Of a stretch of 50,008 nucleotides of DNA, positions 38,901-50,008 are shown piece by piece. Made by a program: the position numbers and the translations under genes. Under the pieces are notes generated by a model. The model was not told the DNA's origin and did no database searches. It worked only from the letters and a program-made list of their open reading frames with translations. This DNA comes from Catajapyx aquilonaris (Eukaryota), in contig KZ538743.1 of NCBI GenBank assembly GCA_000934665.2, positions 1-50,008 on the forward strand. The letters run 5' to 3'. Position 1 is the stretch's first letter, and every line of letters starts with the position of its first letter.

Positions 38901-41900
38901 CAGCCACGATGTGTTCGATATATAAGGTCACACATGTGCCTTCAATGTACATATGTGCATGATGTCTGTTGCCAGGAGCATGTTTCCACATTATGCCTGA
39001 AAACAATGCTCGCACATCGTGATAATCCGAACTACGGCTGTTGCGACATTCTGATTGAATTTGCCAAATAATATTCCGCATTCCTCCCCAGTGGAATCGA
39101 TATATTGCGATATTTCAATTCCATACGCGATATTTGCCTGTCCGTTTCAGGTTGACATGTCAGTCCGCTCGGGGGCAAATTGTCCTGCTTTTGGGCCAGG
39201 CATAAATCCAAGGGTTTCACCATTGCTATAAATTAGCCCGGAGTTTGAGCTTGCCTAAGCAGCCTTGTTTTACGAGCCATTAAGTAGGCCTTAAAAGTTG
39301 CAGAGAGCACCGGCGAGACCTTACATTTTGTGTGCAGAGAGATATGCCACTCCAGCCTTTTCCTTCATTTTTATTATTTTTTGTTCTTTTGCACCACCAG
39401 AAATGAAGCGCGTGTAAGAAAGAAGTTTTATTACCCAGCTACCACTAGTCCATCTGATTTCCCGAGGAATAAAAAAAAACAAGGGGGACAAAAACCGTAT
39501 ATATATAAAACTGGGCTCTCCTGCTGGTGTGGCTGTTTGTCCCACCATATCATAAACATGTCCATCCCGCATTATGCTCCGGAATTATACACGCCTAGGC
39601 GCCAACAGCCTAATTACCCGCCTGACGCATTGAATTGACGCTCGCCCAGTTGCCAAATAATAATCCGGTTCCAATAGAATTTCACAGTATGGTAGTTATT
39701 ACAAGGCTTGCCCACTGCATTATTGAACCGCCGTTCATTCCGATGATGACATGCTGACCGACGTTTTGCTGCCCAGCTCACTGCCCAATCATCTGCATCA
39801 GAGGAAACCTGATGTAAGTGCGCTTTTTGCCAGCGCAATTACAACCGACTGACGCGATATATGCAGTGTCTCCGGTGGAAAAAAATTGTGTTATACAGTG
39901 CAATTAGATTATGCAAGCATGCAAATATGTAAAATTCTAACCAACTTTCAGACTGTACACAAATCTGAAAATTGACTACAAGTATATAAGAAATGCGAAT
40001 ATTTTTGAAAACTTTTTTTAAAATAGGTTACTGTACACAGTGCAGTGGTGTAATAATGCGACTTTTTATTGGTCATGCAGAACTTATTCCCTGCATGTTG
40101 CACAACTGGTACTAAAATACGCGGCCCAGTAACTCGTGCAAAGTAACTAACATTGTGCATATTATTTTATTACCCTATAATAATATTCTGCCCGTGTGCG
40201 GTCTGCTATATAAGTTACCAAGTTTCATAGCTGGGAGTCAGCCTTTACAGCATATGCAGTATATGTATAAGGCAGAGCGAGGCTGCTGAAAATTCATCTG
40301 GCCCGCCACCAAGATTCATATTCCTCGGAGCCACTGCACTGAATAAAAATGGGGGCCATTTGCAGTGAGGATGATCCGAGACAAAGTTGGGGAAGGTCAG
40401 CAAATGGAGGTCAGAGTGGAAAAAGCCCTGGAGAATAAAAGATGCTCATCGGGCCCATTACTTTAATTATTCAAAAATTGTCGTAAATTAATTTCAATTA
40501 ATTAATTCGAAAGTGTATAATGCTGTGGGGGTACATGTGAATTTATCTGATAAGACCTCGGCACGTCATATAATTTAGGGACTAAATTTCTGCTTTTACT
40601 TCCACAGGTGTGATGACCAACGTCGTGGATCAGAGGTCAGCAAGCACGGAAAAGAAAAAGGTAGGATAACCCTTTATTGTTATCCAGCATGTAAGCAACG
40701 TCTGTTTATACCTGGTACATCTCGCGATAAACAAGATTAGAAATGTAGAACTAGGCAGTAAATTATCAGCAGAACCTGTTTATGTTGTCATGATACACTC
40801 TTCATTCCAACGGGACTGGTACCGAGTCAGCGTGTGTTATGACGCAAAAAATATATATTCATTGTTCATAGTTTTGTCCGACCATTAGCCGAACCAGCTT
40901 CCATAAAGTGTCAGGACCAGGTTGCAAGTCTGGTCTGACTTACGGTACCATGTTTCCAAGATGTTCCATTTTAAATTATTTTTTTGATGAATCGCGGCCA
41001 AGATTGAATCTGTCTTTTGCTGGGTCGACTTCCTCATCATTAATTTAAGCGAATAGGAATAGTAACCTTGCTAGTTAACAGCCCTGCAATAAATCCAGCA
41101 GAAGGCCATGCACTTTTTTTTCTGTAGCTAGAGAAGTGCTGTGTGTAGTTGCTGCTCTTGTGTCCCGTTCGGCGTAAATCGTTCCACCCGGAACGCCTGA
41201 ATTCGCAGCCATTAGTAAGAACTACAGTGTAAAACAATGTCAACATTTCAGAGCCAGCTTGTAATTTAATGGTTTGCGAGAGGAGCCATAACTCTGGGGA
41301 TGAGTGAGAGTCAGGCCCTGGCGGCCAGCCTATGAAACCAACCGGGTTTTAATTCCACACCCTGACCGCCAGGGGCTACACATTTCACACTCTACCTTTA
41401 GCCATTGACGAATGGCCTGTAAAATTATTTGTTGCGGACGCTCCAAATTATCATGTTGATAAGATGGACGGAAGAAGCTTCTGGCGGGTCCCCCATAAAG
41501 CCATTTCGGAGCTGAGGTTGCAATTATTCTGCCGCCGCCAACGCTCTACGATGTCATTTCCGCAATCACTCTGGGCTTTCCCGCACTCATTTCGCTTCTG
41601 CGGTTATTACGCTGTAACCCCACCGCACGACTTGTACCACAAAGTGTAGGCCTATCCGCTCGGCTTTACTCGGCAATTATAGGCTCGCCATAAAGCTGTT
41701 GCGACGTGGCATACTTCCACTCATGTGTGTCTAAAAATAGGGTTTCTCGCTCTTTCTATATAAACAAGTCCCAAAAAAAAAAACACTATTTCCTAATGAC
41801 AGTCTCATAAAATTTCTCCGGGCCGGTTGACATTTATCAAATGCGTTGTCCTCTTCAACTAGAGCTGGTTATAATTTGGGACGAATGACGCACGGCCTAA

Positions 41901-44201
41901 AACTTGTTTTATAACGCTGTTGTGGTTGTTACGGAAGTGCACTGTACTTGAAAACAACTCTTTTCCAGCGCCAACGTTATCACAATCTAGCAGAAAAAGT
42001 GCACGAACATATGTTTACTCCTACATCAAAACAAAGCGGAATTTCATGTATACGGCTCAGGTAAACTTCGTATAAGACCCCAGGAGTATATCAAGCGGTC
42101 CAGCAGTGTGATACGATACATATCTTACATACAAGTCGTGCTACTCTGCAAAAAAGAGGCAGGATCCACATATATAAAGTAGAAAACAATTAAAGGTTGC
42201 ATTTGATTAGCACTGTGGCTCGTTTGGCATGCACGTCATGCTGTCGCAAAGTAGATAAGTGCAGGCGCTCGCGTGATTCGACACAACTATTGCATTATAG
42301 ATAGTCCTTGTGTCCCAACGATGTTTGCAAGAGCAACATTTCATCGGCAGCTCCGAGCTCATATTGAATGCGGAAACTAGGCAGCGGAACAAGTGTGTGC
42401 CGAAGGAACAAAAGAGTGCATGTAGTGCGGGCTGTGTTTTCCCCTCCCGCTACGTGTATCAGATAAGATGGTGGCCAAGCCTCCAAGCAAGCCACGGCAA
42501 CCCACGATTGTTACCGCCTATTGTTAGCATACGTATTCCAATTTGCCTCCAGGACACACCATGGGCACGTTGCTATTACTTTAATAGCAGGAGACGATAT
42601 GTACATTGTCAAATTGGACCGGGTTTTTTTTTTCAAGCTTGATCCGTTTGCACAATCAATTGTGGCTTAGAATTTGCTGGGCGATATTATCGTTATTACC
42701 CGGGCTACATTTTTCATTGTGTCCTCATAGTTTGTCATGCGATGACGATGCGCAGTATGTAGCAAAAGTTTTAAAACAGGCAGTATTATTGACTGGGGAC
42801 TGGCCGTAACTGAGTGGGCATTTTGTTCCGGCTTTTATATGCTGCACAATTATAGGAAACGCTGCAAAATGCACAAGTAGTAATCGCAAGTCTATTGAAC
42901 ACGCAATCATTGATTGACCTACAAAATTCGACGTTTCAGTGTCCGAACTTCCCACAACCGGGCAAAGAAATGGCGGTTTTGTAAACTGATCGATACACAT
43001 GCCACGGGGTTCGTCTTGTCTGCCCTTCAACTCTCATCTTTTTACCATTTTTAAAACAAATATTTAATCTGTTTTAAAATACCCAATCATCAGCAGCCAA
43101 TAAATTTGAATATACACAGATGCGTTGCAGCAATCCTTTTGTTGACTGCGCATACAATTGTTGCGGCTCCTGGCAGACTGGCATGCTCCATTTGATATTG
43201 ATAACCCGACCCTGATGGAAAATTGACATCCATGCAACTTTTCTTGCTTTGCATTGGTGGAGCAAATGATCCATTATTCATGCCGGGGATTACGGCTAGG
43301 ACGGGGCGGGGCAGTGGGGGAAGGGGGAGGGGGACCCGGGGGCGGCACTAATCTGTAAAATGATAGAAACAGTGGGTAAGTTATACTTTCCTAACTCTGC
43401 CTGCTGGAGAGATATGCCCATTGGCGGAATCAGACTGCAGAAGCTCTCGCTCTATTAAAATTCGTGACAGCTATAAAGACTGATGGGTGTAACAATATTA
43501 TTGTTTTAATGTCGACAATTGCCTACTTAAATGACCAGCCCGGTTACAATGACTTCTGACAGAACATAAACCCTGCATAACTCTATGAAAATATTGCGCA
43601 GTTTTTTTCCGGGTTCCGAGTGTCCTCAATATAAGTTGCCCAACATCCATGGAGCTTCAGACGCCATTTTTCAGGCAGAGACCCCTTGTCAGGCCATAAA
43701 TGTGAAACATGGCTATTCGCCTGGGGAATGGGTTATCAAAATGGTAATGCGCAGAAGAAGAAGGAGTCTGCTTACCACCACCACCGATTGTCACTCTTCC
43801 CTGTTTTAAAATGGCGCATCTTCAGTCCGGATGCTGACTGCAGAGTAATCAATTGATCCGGGGGACCAGAGAAGGGATGGGGATACGAGCGTTTGATTTA
43901 TCGGTGGCCGAATAATGTGTCTTTTGGGCCGGTGACCCAGGGCAGCTGCAGTGGGTAATTAATTAAGTGGGGGGGAGTCCTCTTTCCCGCCGAATTAAGG
44001 CGCGTTCATCCGGAGTTGGGGGGTAGCAGTGGCTTGCGGCTGCTTCCGGGCCATCGGCGACGCCCACTTATCCGGGCTTTTGGCCTCGGAGGCTGCTGTT
44101 GCTGCCTCGTCCTGACAACCACCCAAAGGACCACTCTCAGCCCTGAACTTTTGCCAATCGAAATCTCGGAATCGGATACTCCTGGGATAAGCCTTATCTG
44201 A

Positions 44202-44248
44202 ATGCTACCCACTACGGACAACTTTGGGTTGTCCGTAGTGGGTGGTAT
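44202..44248. repeat. Inverted repeat/hairpin with a perfect 16-bp stem and 5-nt loop
   Basis: ACCCACTACGGACAAC (44207-44222) pairs with GTTGTCCGTAGTGGGT (44228-44243). It extends by 5 bp with G:U pairs on the plus strand. Confidence 0.9.
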
Positions 44249-44277
44249 CCTTTTAACTAAAAATAATATCCTGTTAG

Positions 44278-44435
44278 AGTCACGATAGGTGTGTGTATAA
44301 CACATTTTTGAAGCACTGCTAAGATGTGTCATGCGCCAAATTATGCCCAATAACCAGTCACGATAGGTGTGTGTATAACACATTTTTGAACCACTGCTGA
44401 GATGTGTCCTGCGCCAAATTATGCCCAATAACCAG
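44278..44435. repeat. Tandem duplication, 78-bp unit, two copies, three substitutions
   Basis: AGTCACGATAGGTGTGTGTATAACACATTTTTGAA...GCCCAATAACC starts at 44278 and again at 44356. Confidence 0.95.
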
Positions 44436-47400
44436 CCTAAAAGTAGGTTGGGATTCAGAACCGTGAGGTTTAGAGAAAGAAGTGGTTGCATGCGAGGCAG
44501 CGGCGGCAGCAGGTAATGTTTGAAGCAATAGAAGCAACGCGCNGGGGGGGGGGGGGGGGGAGTTTAGTTGAAAAACAGCTGACATGTGGTCCGAATGGAA
44601 AGTATAGGGACACCCGTAATTATGACACGCACCCCTACGCACGCTCTCACGGAAATTTTGAAACCGGGTTTGTTTAGCCGTCTTCAAACTCACCCAACAT
44701 GTATTTTGCTTGGAGGGAAGGCGCAGACCTATATTTCACAGTGCTCGAAATGTGAGGTGGAATAATAACTATTATACGGGGGTCCCAACTTTTCAGTTTT
44801 GGCCGAGTGTTCCACTGCTGGTGTAATGAGCGTTTATAATGTCATATCCAGATTTATGACACCTGCCAAATGCAACCGTAGTCCTGCGACAGAAATGTCA
44901 GGGGATATTTAAAAGAGTTACCTGTGCTGGGTTAATGTCAAAAAAAATTAACGTGCTTATCGGCATGTAGATAAAAGTAACCTATACCCAAACATGAAAA
45001 CTGATATTTTCACTTATATAATTTTCATTACCTTGCAACGAGGATATAGTTACCTCATATGCACACACCAAGACATTGTGGGAATATGTCCCGAGGATCG
45101 TTTTACTAAGCTTGTATACAGCGTGTAAGTTGTTGTAATGCCTGTATAGAACAGTGCGATTCCACGTAGATTTCGTCGATTAGAATCTAATTCCCTGAGG
45201 TGTTAGCCTTGATTTTTTTCGAACACTCTATAAGATTATATCGTCTATTGAATTTATCTTGTTTGATTCAGCTAAAAAAATTTGTACGGTATAGTTACTC
45301 CATAGCATATGTACAGCTTGTGGAAGTGCCTCGGCTGCAATTTACATTTCTCATGAACATTTTAAATTTTGTCATATTTTTATGATGCAAATGTGCCGTA
45401 TGCTACACCGACCGGCGCAGTTTTTAGCTGCAAATTTTTGCATAATTTTATGAAGACTGCAGATTGAAAATATGCCTGGTGTAAACACCCCAGTGAATAT
45501 TGCAGGCTACTCAAACGGGTTGGTTCAGGCCCAGCGGCGATTGAATTTTATTCGGGAAACCTGCTGCTGGGTCAACTCCTCCTGGAACCACGACAGTAAC
45601 CCACTACCAATTTTTGGGGGTGTTAAAACCCACCCATCCCGCATCCCCTCTTCCGCCCGCCGGACCCTATATATATAGTGTATAACCCACCCAGTCCATT
45701 TAGCCAAATAGGTTTCACATTCCAGAATCTGCTACAGCTAATGATGTCTGTATATACTTCACGAGGTATTTGAAGGATGTGTCCACATATGCCGTTTGAC
45801 AATGTATGATCTTGTGTGGGTATATTTCTAATATATGGGCATATTCGCATGCTGCTCTGACTAAAATACAGCCTGATTACCATAAGACAGTAAAATTGTG
45901 CAGTGTATGATATTTACCATTGGAAGGTCAGACTGCTACATGTAACAGTAAACAGTAAAATTAATGGTAGTAAATATTTTATGCATTGGTGTTACTTTTC
46001 TGATATCCTTTGATTTTTAAAATCTGAGCAGAGTAATTCCTGAAATTCAATAATATAGTATGTTATAACCCTATATAATTATAGAGAAAGGTTAGATATA
46101 AAATATATTCATCGTCATCGTGCATCCGTGTATATCAACTGAATATTTCTAATACTGAATATTTCGTATATTTTAAAGCCTGGAATCATCAATTTATTAC
46201 TGCAAGTATTAAAATGTAATTTGTGGTTTTTGGTACATGGCAATAGTCCCGGTAAAGCTCTGCCTAAGTATTAACTAGCCTGTAATATCTACGCTGGTAT
46301 AAGGAGCCTGTGTCACCTCAGAACATAATGCAACAATGGGCTAATCCGTATTTTGTATAAAAATTGACTCTGAAATTAAAGTCATGCTGGGAAAAAAGAC
46401 ATTATTTTCACATTGATGCAAGACCTCCTAATGTTTTCGCATAATATGTCCAAGAGTTTATTAGTATATAAAGGCTGAAGATCATGATTAAGGAATATTA
46501 TTCATTTAAGCCATTATTACTGTGTTGTGGGATAGCCCATTGTTGCAGTAAGCCCTGCAATTTTATCTCAGTGAAGAATTTGAAACATTCACGGTACAGA
46601 TTATTGTAGGCCTATTATTTGTCATATAGGCCTAATGCGGAATATTTTGAAAGGGGACCGGATAATAATTATACTATCCACAGTTCCACACTGACAATAA
46701 CAGTGTATGTTAATTATAACATTCCTTTATCTTTGACACAATTGCCTATAACTTACAGGTTTGTAGAATACATACTGATATCCAGAGGGCCTGACACATC
46801 TTATATGTAATATTTCTCTCTCTACATAATGTCTGTTCACTGAGCACATCATACAATGTTGTTCTGCCACATCAGACGTTTCCCCATAAAAAAATCTGTG
46901 GTGAGGCATGTGGCTGTATATACCGTACACCAAAACGGCAGACATCATAACCTTAATAACTCTTGCAGATGTTGTGGAAAGTCCTACATGTGGTACGATC
47001 ACGAAACTCCCTATATCTACTTACTGGGAAAACAATGCTTTAGTACACTAGCACATGAGTGAGGGAGGAGTATACTTTCATGTCATATAAAGTCCACTTA
47101 TTATTACTAAACCTATTTCAGCGACATTCAAGCCCCCATCGTGAATTCATACGATAAGTTTTGTACAATAGGTGAATTATGATAACATAATTCGCTATAG
47201 GTTGCAAAGGTAACAATATGTATATACAGCCGTATATTAAATATGATAATTATCAATATAATATATACTATACAGCATGATAATATATGGGAGTGATGAC
47301 GTGAGGTGTACACGCGCGGGAGATACATTCAGACCCTGGAGTACCACATCGATGAAAAAATGTCATAGAAATTTTCACTGATGCGAATGTGAACTCCGCA

Positions 47401-48352
47401 ATTCTGGGACACACGGTAGGTGGAAGGCCACCGGGTACAGAAAGCGTAGCCCACGTGCAGAAAGTGATGGATTAGAATCCTTCACTTTTGACCACCCGCC
47501 AATTCAAACCACCTTGTACTTGTTTTTGGATGCCTTGTACAGAAGCCATGATGAAAATGTCTTCATGGTAGCATGTTTACTTTCATCTAGGACTTTGATA
47601 AACTGTCGCATTATTGATCAACAACTTAATCTCCTTCGTTAGAATGTCCCTTATTGTTGTAAGCAAAAGAATTATTTTTGATACCTGTAGGATTGCTAAT
47701 AAACACATACTTCTAATTAATTATGAAATATTTCAATAACAATATTTTAACATATGCTCTCAACAATTGATTTTACACAAGAAAACTGCACGGCGCGGCG
47801 CCATGACCTCTTCCTACTACATTATATAGTTCACAATCAAACTAAAGGGAAATTAATTCATAGACTCGTGACGTCATCAGGATGAGTGAGGAACTTCTAC
47901 ATGATCTATGCGGAAAAGGCATTGTCATTTGTTTGTTTGGTTTCTTTCTCGCCATAAAAAATACGATATGTACCCTGAATCCCTTTCACCCGCTCTCTTA
48001 TATATACAAGAAGCTAAAGCTCCGCCCTATAACTTGTAATCTGTGCAGTATTGCTCCATGTACGGAGTCTGTGTGTGGACCCTGGGATTTAAAATATATA
48101 CCGGTATACAGTATATGATCAGGTGATAATCCGAAGTATTGCATAATATTGTCTTTGCCACAGACGAATTTTTTTAAACTCGCAGTAGCCTCATATAAGC
48201 AGGCGAAGGCATGTTCAGAGCAAGTCTAATTTCATTATAAACTTATCAAGTACCTTCCTTTCATTTATGTTCAGTTTTAGAAAATATTGAAATAACAAAT
48301 CCTTATTAATAATTCATGATTTAATGTGTATCCAAGTTTCAAAGTTCTAAGA

Positions 48353-48420
48353 CAGTGTTTCTGAAACTGTTTTGACCGCCGCCAACTTAGAATGAAGCGA
48401 ATAGACCCGCGGCCCACTCT
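48353..48420 (+). mobile_element. Possible single end of a hAT-type non-autonomous element
   Basis: CAGTGTTTCTGAAACTGTTTT...CCGCGGCCCAC resembles hAT MITE termini. I found no matching second end. Confidence 0.25.
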
Positions 48421-49703
48421 GTCCACATAGCCACCACAAGCATTTGCTCTCAAACTCTAGTATGGATTTGAAAATGTTCCTTAATTCGCGTACCACACTC
48501 TAAGAATCACTTCTAAAACACAACATAACTTTGTAGCCAAGGTTATGCGAGCTAGTATCATGCAAGGACTATAAGAATGTATCTGCGATTTTTTACGCGT
48601 CACAACATATAAAATTATGTTGACAGTAAAACGTTAGATAAAAAGAAAACATGCAACACGTGTAAACACAACAGGCCTAAACGTATACAATCTTTTATCA
48701 GGAACGAAAAGTATATAGTCACTGCTCTATACAAATGATTATTTATGAAGTATTAATAGTTCGAAGTTGGCCTGAGGCTATTAAACTTGGGCGATTTTAA
48801 TCGCACGAAATTCTCACACGACGCGTGCAGAAAAGTGTTCACTCGCATTCTGTAATGACAGGCCAGGCCTACACCCCTAATTACGCAAAATTCACCATTG
48901 AACACTACTTGCACCTTCACCACGCTATTTTCAAGTGTCCTCACCCAACAATCCAAACCGCTTCAATAATCAGCCGGGAAAAAAGTGCTCGGCCACCTTC
49001 CTCAACACATGTAACTTATCACCATATCCCGCTTATATTTCACGCTCGAAGTAACACCCGTTCGAGCAATAACTTAATCCCTTCATCTCCGGAAGTTACG
49101 TAAGACGCCCATCAAGAAAACATTACGTGACATTACCATTTATTTTTACGAGACAAGAAATTACACCCGACTGCGGTAAAAAAAAAGCGGCCGCTTATAT
49201 ATGACACGATTATAATTTTTTCCCTTGCCCAAATCTGAGAAATTTTGTGTGGCCCATGTTGGGTCATTCTTTTGGGCGGAGCAGCTTGATGAGGGAGAGG
49301 TGATGGGGCCAAAAGTGAGTCCCTCCCAAAACCCAGGCCACCCTCTCATTAGGCCCGAATGAAAGCTGGCATTAGGAGCAGCTCCCATGAACAACTTGTG
49401 CCTGACCTCTATAATCTAACCTCAGCTTCTCCATACCCTGATGCCCTCAACCCTCGAGGTGGGAGGGAGGTGGGGGAGAGGGGAACACAAAAATAGCCTA
49501 AATATTACGCAGGTTTTCTTAGAGCGCATATTTATAAAAATCCCATTCTCACATATGCTGTCCGGCAATCCTCACATGTCCTACCAACTGTTGATAAGAA
49601 AACAGGTTTTGGGTTCCCTTAGGCACCGGGAGGGCCAGCCGGTGTGGGTTGACAGTATATAGGCATGGGTCCAGGTGTGAGGCCTATCCGCATGCGTGTG
49701 CCA

Positions 49704-49727
49704 TGTGTATGTGTGTGTGTGTGTGTG
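49704..49727. repeat. (TG)n/(CA)n microsatellite just inside intron 1
   Basis: Seen directly. Confidence 0.9.
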
Positions 49728-49757
49728 ACTAAAAAAAATAATTGGTTGCGTACCTAC

Positions 49758-49799
49758 CTGGGTAGCAGACGATGCGGTGGCGAACCCAATATGTGACAT
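49758..49799 (-). CDS. mirr: Iroquois/mirror-like gene, probable first coding exon (MSHIGFATASSATQ)
   Basis: Start context GCCACAATG with an in-frame TAA 12 nt upstream, 14 codons and a strong phase-0 donor CAG|GTAGGT matching exon 2. It resembles the short Irx first exon pattern MS..FG...SS..Q|LL. Confidence 0.7.
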
Positions 49800-50008
49800 T
49801 GTGGCTGTTTAGTTTACTTCATTCAGGTTTGGCTTTTACGAAGGGCGGGGCGGACAGTTCATTAGGCCCGGATCAGGCTATAGGCTCCGGATTTTCCCTC
49901 TTCCCTCCCCCCCATCTCCCCCTCTGGCCTCCCCCACCTCCCATCCCCCCCATTCTGCCGGCTCGCTGTTACCTCATTAGGAATGCACTGCCCTATGCCG
50001 CCTGTCCC

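Noticed and set aside
44278..44435. CRISPR-like reading of the tandem repeats (here and at 2714)
   Set aside because: The units are head-to-tail with no unique spacers, there are no cas genes, and the context is eukaryotic.

Overview
This is animal DNA, most likely arthropod, and not prokaryotic. Most of the window is one minus-strand Iroquois (Irx, TALE-class homeobox) gene of the mirror type. I assembled six coding exons with GT-AG junctions and matching phases: 49799-49758, 29943-29344, 28355-28240, 17166-17010, 16739-16574 and 14747-14032. They give about 598 aa with the N-terminal Cys motif, a homeodomain, an acidic tract and an IRO box. Introns are large (about 19.8 kb and 11 kb), and a probable 3' UTR of about 2.6 kb ends near a poly(A) signal at 11422-11427. 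The window opens in the 3' end of a mariner transposon and also holds a TA-flanked MITE, short tandem duplications, microsatellites and an assembly gap. The most unusual signal is a large nested RNA structure in the proximal 3' UTR (13642-13934) whose wobble pairs favour the mRNA strand. It lies just downstream of a leaky-context UGA-C stop. Nearly all other ORFs in the track look spurious. All calls were made by eye with no database searches.
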